A stretch of DNA of 64,000 nucleotides from Vicugna vicugna. Taxonomy: Eukaryota. Position 1 is the first letter of the stretch; every line of letters begins with the position of its first letter. Positions 12,958-24,560 of this stretch are shown here, in pieces. The translations under genes were made by a program, and so were the position numbers. The notes under the pieces were generated by a model. The model ran no database searches. It was given only the letters and a program-made list of their open reading frames with translations, and was not told where the DNA came from. Location: the NCBI GenBank assembly GCA_013265495.1, contig MU060887.1, positions 744,001-808,000 of the forward strand, given 5' to 3'.

Positions 12958-14704
12958 GTTGCTGATGCATCAGCTAGATGATTGAGGAAGGGTAAGAACA
13001 TGAAACAGCCACCGGACAGACTCTAGAGTCTTTCTCCTTTTTAAATTTCTTAAAGTGGAGGACTAGGTATAAAAGCTTTAACATGTCACAATTTAGGAAT
13101 CCTACATTGTTATTTGTTATATGCAACATTTCATAATAATATTTCAACTGCTGTCCATTGGCCTCTGGGACACTCATCCATCCTCTTTATTTCTGGCTTA
13201 GAATCATCAAATCTACAAAGTTAAGAGCAACTTTGGACGTTAAAATGGTTCATACTCGCTCTAACACATATGTGAAACATGAGGTCCGGTGAACTTTAGT
13301 AATTTGATCTGAGTTACCTGCGTTGTCTGGGACTCATAAAAGGGTTAGATAATTATGCCTCAGAGGTGAGAAAATTTGAGAGAATATCCCAAATATCTGG
13401 ACAGAGTATTGCAGGATGAGTAGAATTTAGGATTACTTCTCATGGAAAAAGAAAGAAAAAGAAAATATTTTCACTAAATAATAGGCCACATTTAGAAATG
13501 TTTAATGCTTAGTGTACCAAGAACCATCAGTATCTTGTAGGAACAGGTCCAGATGCTCTCTGGACATTTGTCACTTGACAGAACACCCTTCATTTGTGAA
13601 GTTAAGGGGTTGGTTAAAATGTCCAAGGAAAAAAGTGTAGCTATCAAGGCTTAAACCATTTCAGTACCACAAGATACTATAAAGGTCACATGATACTGAA
13701 AAGGTCACAAACAGAATTTTGAGTCATGCGTTTTACTTTCCCTCTCTCACCCACCCTCCCCCGACTTTATACACTGCAGCCGTAGATGCCAGGAAACTCA
13801 GGTCCTCTTCTCTTGAAGGTCTCTGACAAGGGCCATGGATAGAGTGCAGAGAAGGGTCCTTTGGAGAAAGAGGAGATGCTCCAAAGCAAATGAGGACAAT
13901 GGAGAATAATTCACAAAGGACTTGTCTAGCCTCAGTGAAGACAGAGGCTTTAGAGTTCTTGGGCCAAGTAACAGGAGAAAAGAACACGAAGAGAATCACC
14001 ATAAGGGATGTAAAATTCTATCAATACCTGGGGGCATCCTTTTGTATACCTCAGGTTGGTAACAGTATCACTACTCAGTGTGTTTCTGGGAAGAGCTATG
14101 AAGTTAGAGTGAACTCAGGGTTTAGCCTCTTCCTCCCCCTCCCCATAATCTCCATCAACCTTCCACCCAAAGAACATATAACTGAAGTAAAATCTCACTC
14201 TGTAATGGCAACTTCAAACAAGTAGTCTAGCCATCCACTCTCCCATGCAGTTAGCCTCTAGAGCTGCTCCTTCTCCATAGACATGCTAGGGTGTCCTCTG
14301 CCTTATGCTAAATAACAGTCAATGCCTTTTCCACTCAACCACCTCTTTTTCCTCCTTCCTACAACACTTACTGGGCTATGCAGGCTTGGCCATGTAAGTC
14401 CACCACAGGGGCCAACCCCTCTGAACCTTGTTCTCTCATGAAGGATGGATGCTGAAGAAAGAGGTCTGTCCCACCAAAAAACAGGGATACGGAGCCAGCC
14501 ATTTGGTTTAGAGCCTGGTTGATTTCTCCTGGAGAAGGCATGAGTGTCCTGGGTCTGGCACATGGGAGCCTTAGTGACTAGGAGATGATGTGTTACAGAT
14601 TTTGTGGCCCTGGGGGCTGAAAACCCTCTGAAGCTTGTTAGACAAATTGATCAGTCAATCTTGCATTCTTTGATCAGTTTGACTCCTCAAGGGCAGGGAC
14701 AGGA

Positions 14705-14875
14705 AGATGTCCCTGACTTGCCACTTCATTGTTCCCTGGGAGACTTACAAAGGGGCTAGCTGTGATTTCTCTCTGCTGGGTTCCCTTCCTCAGGGAAGAA
14801 TCACTCTAGTCTCCCTTGGATTTCCTCTTAGGAACAAGTGTCAGCAATTTCTGACTCACAGGTTCCTCATTAGGA
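14705..14875 (-). promoter_or_regulatory. Candidate OR promoter (O/E + homeodomain cluster) for the minus-strand OR7
   Basis: TTCCCTGGGA 14732-14741, TCCTCAGGGA near 14786, TAATGA on the minus strand 14867-14872; about 1.8 kb upstream of the ATG. Confidence 0.3.
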
Positions 14876-14904
14876 AGATGGCAGAGTACCAAAGGATTCA
14901 CTAG

Positions 14905-15085
14905 GGTAATGGTTCTCAAACTGGAGCCTGAACCACGATGACCCTGAGGACTTGTTACAACATAGATTGCTGAGTCCCGCCCCAAGTTTCTGTCTCGTAG
15001 ATCTGGGTTTGGGTTGGATCATTTGCATTTTTTATGAGCTCTAAGTTTTGCTGGTCCCCATAACAATCCTTTGAGAGCCATTGCC
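14905..15085. mobile_element. MER5A-like MITE
   Basis: tggttctcaaact...gattgctgagtcccgccccaagtttctg...ctttgagagcca. Confidence 0.65.
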
Positions 15086-15957
15086 CTGGGGCAATTCATA
15101 ATTTTACCTGAATCTGAACCATCATAAAATTAATGGAAAGGAAGAAAACTTAAACATAGGCACAAAAGGATGCTAATTGTGGGTCTGTGTGTATGTTTAT
15201 GTAAAATATGTGTATACGTAGAGAAAAAGACTGGTAGGAAATGAAGTGTAAACAACAAAAAGAAAAACATTTGTCACCTGAGTTCCTGCTTTCCATTCTT
15301 TGGGGCATATACCTAGATGGAACTGTTGAATCCTGAAAATCTACTTCTAAAAGCATGCCAAATGATCAGACATTTGAGTAAACAGTGCCCTAAGACACTG
15401 AAGAACAAATCCTGGAAAGTCCCAATGACCCTATTCTGCACTTTGGTAGTCCTTAGTAGAAAAGTAAAGAGGCAAAGAGTCAGGACGTCAGGACAGTGGA
15501 TCTGGAAAATTTTGATAAGGGCTTTTCACCTGGTTGTCTCATCATTTAATTAATCAGTCAAATCTGATGAATCTTACTGAATGATTTAGGCCAATTATTG
15601 TGTAAGACCCCAGCATTAAATGCATAAAAACAAGACATCAGACAGAATTCCACCATAAAATGAAAAAAGTCTGGCTAATGCCTTGAGAGAGAAAAAAATT
15701 GTGTTTCCCAAAGAACAATTTGAGTAGAAATAACAACTCCCCTAGTAGGTGTCAAACAGACTCTTTATTAAACCACATTAAAATTCTAAAAGTGAACAAA
15801 AAATATACTTACAGTAGGCTTTAAAACAACAAAGGATCTCTGAGAGATATACTCACTCCGATGATAACTGCAGGATTATTCACAATAGCCAAGACATGGA
15901 AACAACCTAAGGGACCAGATGAACAGAAAAAGAAGATATATATAATGATACAGAAGG

Positions 15958-16017
15958 ATACACACACACACACAGACACAGACACACACACAGACACAGA
16001 CACACACACACACACAC
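15958..16017. repeat. Interrupted (CA)n/(CAGACA)n microsatellite
   Basis: Directly visible. Confidence 0.95.
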
Positions 16018-16324
16018 AATGGGATATTTTTCAGCCATAAGAAAGAACGGATCTTGCCATTTGCGATCACATGGGTGGACTTTGAGGATATTATGATAAG
16101 TCAGAGAAAGACGAATTCTGTGTGATATCACTTATATGTGGAATCTAAAAAAAACCAAACGAGTAAAAACAGAGATGGTAGTTACTAGGGGCTGGGAGGT
16201 AGGGGGTAAGACAGAAGTTTTGAAAAGGTGCAAATTTGCAATGAGTAGTAAATAAGTCCTAGAGATCTAATGCCCAGAATAGTGAATACAGACAACAATA
16301 CTGTATTATAATAATCAGACTCGT

Positions 16325-16409
16325 GGGGAGGGTAATAGCTCAGTGATAGAGCAAATGCTTAGCATGTATGGGGTCCTGGGTTCAATCCCCAGTGCCTCTA
16401 TTGAAAAAA
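16325..16409 (+). mobile_element. Camelid tRNA-derived SINE (Vic-1-like)
   Basis: ggggagggtaatagctcagtg...ggttcaatccccag, A tail; near-TSD aatcaRact. Confidence 0.9.
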
Positions 16410-16842
16410 AATCAAACTTGCTAAGAGATTAGAACTTAATTATTCTAATCACTAAAAGGAAATAATTACATAATGTGATAAAGTATGCTACATTGGCAAC
16501 CATATTACAATATATAAATGTATTGCATTAACATCTTAAACTTAAGATGTTATATGTCCCCTATATTTTTTTAAAAAGACAGAGGATACAGCACTGGGGG
16601 AGAAAGGAAGCACAGGCAAGCATCACAGAGATCCAAGACACCCAGGCATGTATAAATACTTCTCTTGGACACCCAGGATGTGTGTTTTCTTCCAATCATA
16701 AACCACCAAGATAACTGCAGATGTCTCAGCGTCAGGCAAGCAAAGGCATGCATTTACTAGTATTTAACTATTTACTATTTATGTAACTATTTACTATTAT
16801 ATAACCCCATTGGTTACATAGCCAAAATCAGTCTACGTAAAC

Positions 16843-18534
16843 TTGTTAATCAACCTCAGCTTCAGGCACAGTACGGCACTCATGATAAAGAAAAGCCCTA
16901 TGGACGGAAGAAATGTGGGAGAGCTTCTGTTCACTCAGCAAGCCTTGGTGCACATGTACCAACTCACACTGCTAACACACGTGCCAGACGTAAGGGAAGT
17001 GGAAAGGTCTCCACTGTGTCCTTAAGCTTTAGTAGACAATTAGAAACACACAGTGGGGACAAACCTTTTAAATGTGACGCATGTGGAAAAGCCTTTACTA
17101 CTTCCCGCAGTCTTGCTAAACATTTACGATCTCCAACTGCACAGAAGACTTTTAAATGTGACCAATGTGGGAAAGCCTTTGTTAATGTCACGGATCTTAC
17201 TCAGCATTTTAGAACTCACAATGGAGAGAAGCCTTTTGATTGTAATAAATGTGGGGAAAGATTAACCTGTTCTTCATATATTAACAGCCACAAGCGTATT
17301 CACACAGGATAAAAACGCTATGGATGTAAGGACTGTGGCAAAACCTTTACCCAGTCCACAACCCTTATTCAACATATAAGAACTCACACTGGAGAGAAGC
17401 CATTTAAATGTGACAAATGTAGAGAGCCTTTGCTTCTTTCTCATGTCTTTCTAGACATTTTAGATCTCACACTGGGAAGACGCCTTACAAGTGAAATATA
17501 TGTGGGAACATTTGCAAATTCTTTATTCATTGTCAGGCACAAGCATGTGCACACTGGAGAAAAACCTATTAAGGAATATGGGAAGGCTTTTGTTCCTCCT
17601 GATTCACTTGGACAACATGAAAAGAAAACACTGGGGAGATACTCTACAAATGTTAAGAATGTGGGAAAGCCATCAGTCTCACCACAGTGAAGCCATGCTA
17701 TTGAGAAACATGGAAAGACCGTCACTACTTCCTCAGTGAAATATACATTCTGTAAATATGGGAGATCTTACAGTAGAGAGAAACCCTACTGCTGTAAGAT
17801 ATGTGGGTAATTTTTAATTCTGCTAAATACATTCGCGTTCACTTGTAATCTCACTTTGGAGAAAAACCTATGAATGTGAGAAATGTTGTGAAGTCATTAT
17901 TTTCTATGAGCTTGTTCCTCATTCTTAATAAACATGGGGTGATTTATAGTCAAGAGAAACTGAATGTAGAGTATTTGGGCAACATTACCCAGAGTCTGAA
18001 ATCTTAGAGTTTGCTAAGAGGCTCGGCGTTCTGGGTGGTTCTGCAGATCTATTTGAAGCATCTGTGGCTCCAACCATTCTTGCACACAATGGGACTTCCG
18101 TTCCCCTCATAGCCAGACCTGGACCGTCTCGTGGCTACACCCTCCAGGTTGCACTGTGGTGAAAAGTGGGCCTGCAGGATTCACACTTAATCCTCTTCTA
18201 AGACCCTGGATTCCCTTGTTGGACTGACATTGTCTTACATCATGAAGAACGCGACTGCTTGACTGTGTACAGTGTTCACCACCCTCGTTTACAGTGAAGC
18301 ATCCTGGCCAGGGGGAGGGATGTTGTTCATCTCTTGTCAATTTTGTAAAATTACCATGTGCCTCTCAGCCCTGATCCTTTCAGATAAAGGTAAGGGTCAA
18401 GCATGGGATGAGTGGAGAAAAAGCGAGATTACGTCTACTAATGTGAGACACCCCAATTTCACAACTTTTGTGGGTGAACAGCAACCGTAGCACCTGGGGG
18501 AGAATCTGTCACCTTGAGCTGTGCAGGAAGCTCA
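16843..18534 (+). pseudogene. C2H2 zinc-finger last-exon/3'UTR fragment of a ZNF426/266-family gene, no KRAB exons
   Basis: Fingers CDACGKAF..., CDQCGKAF...HFRTH, CNKCGERL...HKRIH; in-frame TAA in the TGEKP linker (17310-17312); CKDCGKTF...HIRTH, then frameshifts. Homologous in reverse orientation to 25393-27261. Confidence 0.9.
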
Positions 18535-18889
18535 CTTGACCACCATTCTCCTTTTAGTCTCTGTTAGTTTGCTTGCTCATATAGGCGAAATGATGCAGTA
18601 TTTGTGTTTCTGATAAAGGGTTTTTCTTTTCTTTTTTGAGATATTAAAGTTCTCTGGTTTGGTGTCTAAATGTAGTAATAGCAATTCCAGCATCCACCTA
18701 GTTCAAACTCTATTTTTTCCCCCTTTGCCCCTAATATTTATATAGTGGTGCCCTGCTGAGTACTCTGTAAGGTGTCGAATGACCTAGGATTCAGTTCCCT
18801 GTGGCCCCTTTTTAATCTTCATTTGGTGAACATGGGCAGGTAGTTGACAGGTCCGTGTCTGTCTCCTCATCCAAAAATGGGGAAAAGTA

Positions 18890-19530
18890 ACAGCGTCCTT
18901 TCCTCCGGTGGGAGGGGAAGCCCTACGGAGCACTTTTACATCAGGAACCCGTGCCTAGTCCAATCCCTGCCTGGTCTGGCCTCCGCCCTTCCCTCGGACA
19001 GGCCCCTGTCTGTCCGACACACTTCCACCTGCGGACGCTCGGAGCTCTCAGCGCAGGAAGGTCACAGCTCCGCTCCCCTCGGTTCCCTAACGGCCCGTCC
19101 TGCGTCCTCTGCCCCCGAAGCCCCGCCCCCCAACCAGAGACCGGAAGCGGAAGTACGTGCTTGCAGCCATCTTGCAATGTAGCTGCTTGTCCCGTCCGGT
19201 TGTTCGGGGCTCTGGTCTCCGCGGAGTCCGGAAGTCGGGCGGCCTCAAGTGGTGGCCGTCGTGCGTGGACGCCGGGGAGCTTGTCGTTCCTTCCCGGCCG
19301 CGCCGACCGCCGCAGCATCGCTTCCGGAGTCACTCCCGCTGCCGGCCCTTGGGCGCCTGTTCCAGGGAGGAGGCCGGTCGCGAAGCGCAGTCAGGGATGG
19401 TCCGCGGAGCCTTTTCATCCTCAGCTCGCCCTTTTTCAGCCTAAGCAGCCTCGCCAGAGTCGTTTCGCTAGAAGGAAAAGCATCCCTGTTCTTCGGTCAC
19501 GGCGACTCCAGCCCCGACGCCTTCACCGAC
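18890..19530. promoter_or_regulatory. Orphan CpG-island promoter of KRAB-ZNF type
   Basis: High CpG density; tandem ETS/GABPA CCGGAAGCGGAAGT 19141-19154, CCGGAAGT 19228-19235, YY1 GCCATCTTG 19166-19174; possible plus-strand donor AAG|GTAAAT at 19612. Confidence 0.8.
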
Positions 19531-20919
19531 CTGGGAATTCTAGAGGTTTGGCTGAATTTGTTCCGGTGGTGGGCTTCAGTTATGCTTGGTAAATTATACT
19601 CAGGTGGAAAGGTAAATATTCTTAGGTTATTAGGAGAGGACGTGTATTTGATTACATTAAATACTTGACTGACTCAGTGCCTATAAAACAAGTTTTACTA
19701 CCTCGGAAAAGCTGGGCTAGGCAGCGCGACCTCATCTCACCTGACTTCCAGGGCCCTATGAATCCCCCAGAACTTCAAACTAAAGAAGTCTAAGAAAAAA
19801 AGATGATGGAAGTTTCTTTTTATAGTACCAGAAATTTGAACTGAATTTGCTATAATTTAGGAAGAACTTCCAAGTGGGTTTTCCTTAAATTAGTAAATTC
19901 AAACGCAAAGACAATATGAAAATTCAATCCGGTAAATCCCCATTAACCTAGATTTGCCAATTATGAAAATTCTGCAACTTTTCTCTCTCCACAGAGTTTT
20001 TTATATGCTGGAATTAAGCTGCAGACATCAGGACACTTTATACCTAAATCTTAAGAATAAGTGCATTGTCTTATGAAGCTGACAATCCTTTATCCCACCT
20101 AAAAAATAAGTATTGATAGAATTATATGAGTAGTCTGTATTCAAGTCGAATTTCTTCAGCCATTCCAAATATAATTCTTCCTATTACAGTTCACATGTTG
20201 CACTAGGTTATTAGATCCCTGTAGTCTTTCAATATGCCCACATCTGCCCACATCTCTTTTCATAGTTTTTTATGAGACCCAGACCTTTGTCTTACAGAGA
20301 ACACAATTCTCTGGTATTTCTTTTTCTTTTCTTTTTTTCCTTTTTCAGTTTTATTAGGTAGAAATTCTTTGGTATTTCTGATTCTGTTCTCAGTATTGTT
20401 AATGTCCCCCCACCCCCAACCTCTCCTTAATTCCTGCAAACTAGAAATTTAATTAGAGGCTAGATAGTAACTTATACATTTTGTAGATGATGCTTTGTGT
20501 GCTTCCTGTTGCTTCTCATCAGGATGCAAGTAAATGTCGATTTTTCCACTACTTAAGCTATACTGCCTTTGATCATTCAGTTAACATGGTGACCACCAGA
20601 ACTTTTCATTCCTAAGTTTTATTTTTCCTTTGTAATTAGTATGTGGGAGTGAGTCTTGGCACTGTGAATATGCTGTCTCCTGATAACTTTTTCTTTTCCC
20701 GGATGATACATTTTTGAGACTTACAAAATGGTGATCTTCTGGTTCGTTTGTTTGCTGTTCTTCAGCTGGCAGTTTCTTCTCTTTTATTTTATTTTTTAAC
20801 CTTTTGATTATCATTGTTTACTCCTGTATTCTCTCTCAACATATTGAAATTAATATATTATTACTCTTTTTGATGGTTCAAGTTTTATCTAGGGGCAGCT
20901 TTAAGTTCTCTCCAATTGA

Positions 20920-22830
20920 TATACCACTGATGCTTGAACACTTTATTGGTTGGATCCAATCAGCAAAATATTGTCCACATAATGGATCAGTATGATGTTT
21001 TGTGTAATGTCAAGACCTTTGAGGACTGCTTTTTAGCAGAGAACGGGACAAATGACGTAACCAAGGGTCACTGCTGTGAAGATACAATGTTGGTCCTGCC
21101 GAGTAAAAGCAAATACTCCCAGTTATTTTTTTCAAATTTGTATGGAGCAAAGGGTATTACTGACATTAATAGCTATGTACCAAATGCCAGAGATTGTGCT
21201 GAATTGTTCCAGTAACGATATTGTATTTGGGATAAGAACTGCAACTTGATTGATGGCCTGATTAAGTTTATGATGTCCACAGTCTTTCTTCAAAATCCAT
21301 GTCATCTCTGCCACAGTGGTGAGTTAAATGAGGATGTGATAAGTGTCATGTCCGCTGGTTCTTTCAAATTTTTGATGGTGGAATTCATCTTTAAAATTCC
21401 TCTAGGCATGTTGTACTACTTCTAGTCTATTAATTTAAGGCATGGAGAATTCTAGGGTTCTCCATCTAACTTTTACTATTTTAATAGTCTTCTCCCCATG
21501 GGTCAGAAAACCAATTTAAGAAATTCTACCAGTTGCAAAGAATGTCTGTATTCCAATGATACATTAAGGAACGGGGGCTAACCACATGGTTAGTACACGG
21601 TTCAACTGGTCTCTCCTTATGTTCATTGAGTGGACTCCATTTGTCCCCTGACTACCTTATGCTTTGACTTTGGTGGTGGGACACAGTGGGATTTGGGGAT
21701 ATAATTCCCCAGAAATTAGTCAGGGTCAGTCTGGGCATTTCCTTTTCTCCAACACATGACTGCAGCTCTAGGGGAAGGCTTGAAGGGACATTTATAGTGT
21801 GGATTGTAGTGAATGTGCAAGATCTTCCCTTTGATGAAGGCTCCACAGGTCAATTTGTGAGTTGACGTATGTCTGGGTAAGAGGCCATGATTCTGGTGTT
21901 TGGCTGCTGGACTTAAGACTTCTTGTTACATAGATCAAGCCATATTTTGGTACACAGGTTGGCAAACGACAGCCCCTGTGTGAAATCTGGCCCTCCTCTT
22001 TTTGTAAATAAATCTTTATTGAAACATAACCATGTTTATTTGCTTACATATTATCTATGGCACCTTTCACACTGCAGTTCCAGAGCTGGGTAGCAGCCAG
22101 AGAGAGTATTTGACCCACGAGCCTGAAGTGTAATGTATCACAGCAGGTGTGGTAATCCCTGCTAATAGGCTGCCTATCTGTTTCACTGCTAGGGACACTG
22201 TGAGGAGTTGGCCACTACTGAAGATCTCTACAAAGCAAAGCATTCTGATTACTGGTGTGTTTCTGCTGCCCTTGAAAGTTGATGTGCCCACCTGGTCCTT
22301 GGTGATTAAGTGCTACCTACTTGATTTCTGCTACGCTGGGTTCTTATCTTAACCATTGAAATTTGGGAATTCATCTCAAAGGTGGTATCCCGTACAGTCA
22401 CACCTGGCCTATAAAAGAGAGTACCCACCATTTTCAGGGTTGGAGGTACTCCTCTCACTAGTCTTATTTCTCAGTACCTTCATGAGGAGAGTGGCTTCTA
22501 GGCCTTCATCATAGGTTGATAAAAGGCATCTGTGGAGACCACATAAGGTATATCCAGTGCAACATTCCTATCTCTAGGATTTCCTCCTTCACATTATGCA
22601 AGGAAAGCTTTGGCATAGCATCCTCATTAACTGTAGCTCAACACTGAGTCCAAATGTCAGTCATCCAGCCAAATAACATAGAGCCATCCCCAAGCACATG
22701 AGCTAATATGTTAAATCCAAAATACCTAAAATGTGCATCCATGTCATTGAAATGGCTCAGTCTAATCTGATATTCCACCCTCCTTGGTCTAATACCTTAT
22801 AATCCATTTTCACACATGTTCCCTAGGTTT
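20920..22830 (-). mobile_element. ERVL (class III) gag-pro-pol fossil
   Basis: Minus-strand translation gives RT-like KLNQAINQVAVLIPNTISLLEQ...WYIAIN and LIHYVDNILLIG (YxDD decayed to YVDN, 20970-20981); gag-like sequence at 22450-22830; heavily disrupted. Confidence 0.8.
21954..22130 (+). mobile_element. MER58A-like hAT MITE nested in the ERVL
   Basis: caggttggcaaac...aaatctggccc...tttttgtaaataaa...tatctatggc. Confidence 0.75.
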
Positions 22831-22981
22831 TCTCAGATACATATTAGTGGAAGTGGAATTATTTTGTTTTGTCCGCTGTTCTCCCTTACCTCACATCTTA
22901 CATCTTTCCCACTGGATTTTCACTAGTTCTGAGCATAGAGGCAAGAGTAGGTGGTTGTGATGGGTCTTTTGTTTGTTTGTT

Positions 22982-23089
22982 GGGGGGGGTTAGGTTTATT
23001 TATTTATTTTTAGAGGAGGCACTGGGAATTGAACCTAGGACCCTGTGCATGCCAAGCATGCACTCTGCCACTTGAGCTACACCCTCCCC
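22982..23089 (-). mobile_element. Camelid tRNA-derived SINE (Vic-1-like)
   Basis: Reverse complement of the SINE consensus seen 11 times in this window. Confidence 0.9.
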
Positions 23090-24257
23090 ACCTCTGAGGC
23101 CTTAAGGAGAGTCCCCTGCCAGATATCTGTACCAAGTGAGACTATCACAGGATTGCAAGTTACGAAGGCTAGTCTCCGCAGAAACCAAAGGTCTGCTTCC
23201 CTGCTAAAGGGGGTTCAGAGTGTCTTGTGGGTTCAAGATTATGAGTTTCACTTGCGTCCAGCTAGAGGTCTTCATTCCCAGGTTCCTCTCTTTCTTCCCT
23301 GATCACTTCTCTCATTTTCACATCAGAAACCAGACGAGATCACCTTAGCTGCTGTTGTACAAATACGACTGACAAATACTAGGAAAAGGTGGTTCTCTGA
23401 AGACTCATAAAATAGAAAATGTGTGCAGCATCTGACTTGGCCCTGCTCCTCTGCCCAGGCAAGAGGGGGAGAGAAGACCTCCCAGACTTGAGTGTTTCCA
23501 CCAAGACACTGTGGAGACTCCATGGTACTTGAAATGTAATCTGAGTTTTTTGTAAAAACTTTGACTTTTTTCCTTAACTTTTGGACCAAAAATAGACTAA
23601 CCAATGGTTATTTCCATTTTCTCTCATTATCTTACCCAAGAACAGCATATATGTTCTTTCAGTGTGTGTGTATGTATATATGTATAGTACAACCTTTACA
23701 TCCTTACACGCTCGACTAGTTTCCTCAGAACTTGATGAGCTGATGTATCAGTGATGAGCATTCTCCCATAGGAATGTTGCATCTTTAAGGCTTAGTACAT
23801 TTCCTCTCCGTGGTACTGCTCTATGCCTAGCACAGGGACAGAACTTTTTAATTATTCACTGAAAGAATAAAGGGGAAAAATCAGAGATAAGAACTTAAAA
23901 GGAGGCCAAGCTTCTGCAACATCCATCAAGAAGTTCAACTAAGTGGACCAAATAAAAGTTACTACTTATTCATAAACTTATCCATGACCTGATTTGAAAT
24001 TCCAACTTTATGAAATAATACACTGCTATATATGCCTGTATATTATCTGCTCTTCTATTAATATAATTTACTTAAGCCTCTGTCATATCCTTGGATTATA
24101 ATACTTTCACATTGTTTTCATATTTAGTAGTAAAAATACAATGGTAGCTAATGTTCTTTGCATCTACCATGCTAGACGCTTCACAGATTTTAAATTTATG
24201 CCCATAACTACACAATGGTGTAGATACAATCATAATTTCTCTTTTGTTTCTTGGAAA

Positions 24258-24560
24258 AGCTTTATTGAGGTACAATTTGCATACAACAGACCCATCTGAT
24301 TTATACAATTGAATGTGGTTCAGTATATTGTCAGACTGGGCTATCCATCACAATCTTAGTATCTTTCCATCACTTCAAAAGCAGCCTCTGGCTGTCAAAC
24401 CACCCATTTCATTCCTCCCTTCATATCTTGGCAACCATAAATCTACTTTCTGTCTCCATAGGTTTGTGCTTTCTAGATATTGCATATAAACGAAATTATA
24501 CAATCTTTTATTAATAGGTTATTTTCACTTACAGTGTTTTTCAAGATTCATCTGTGTTGT
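24258..24560 (-). mobile_element. L1MB-like 3' end
   Basis: ctttattgaggtacaatttgcatacaa...ggcaaccataaatctactttctgtctccata. Confidence 0.7.

Larger units (their letters stand above)
15830..16560 (+). mobile_element. L1MA-like 3' end with nested (CA)n and SINE
   Basis: ttattcacaatagccaagacatggaaacaacctaag...atatcacttatatgtggaatctaaaa...tacaatatataaatgtat. Confidence 0.8.

Noticed and set aside
12430-13001. Alternative-frame and antisense ORFs over the OR genes (also 6011-6686 and 44976-45811)
   Set aside because: Shadow frames, artificially extended by N runs.
15821-16131. Cys/Val-rich ORFs
   Set aside because: Translations of the (CA)n microsatellite and L1.
18844-19668. Overlapping 95-213 aa ORFs on both strands
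   Set aside because: Pro/Arg/Ser/Ala-rich stop-poor frames typical of a CpG island; no domain recognised.
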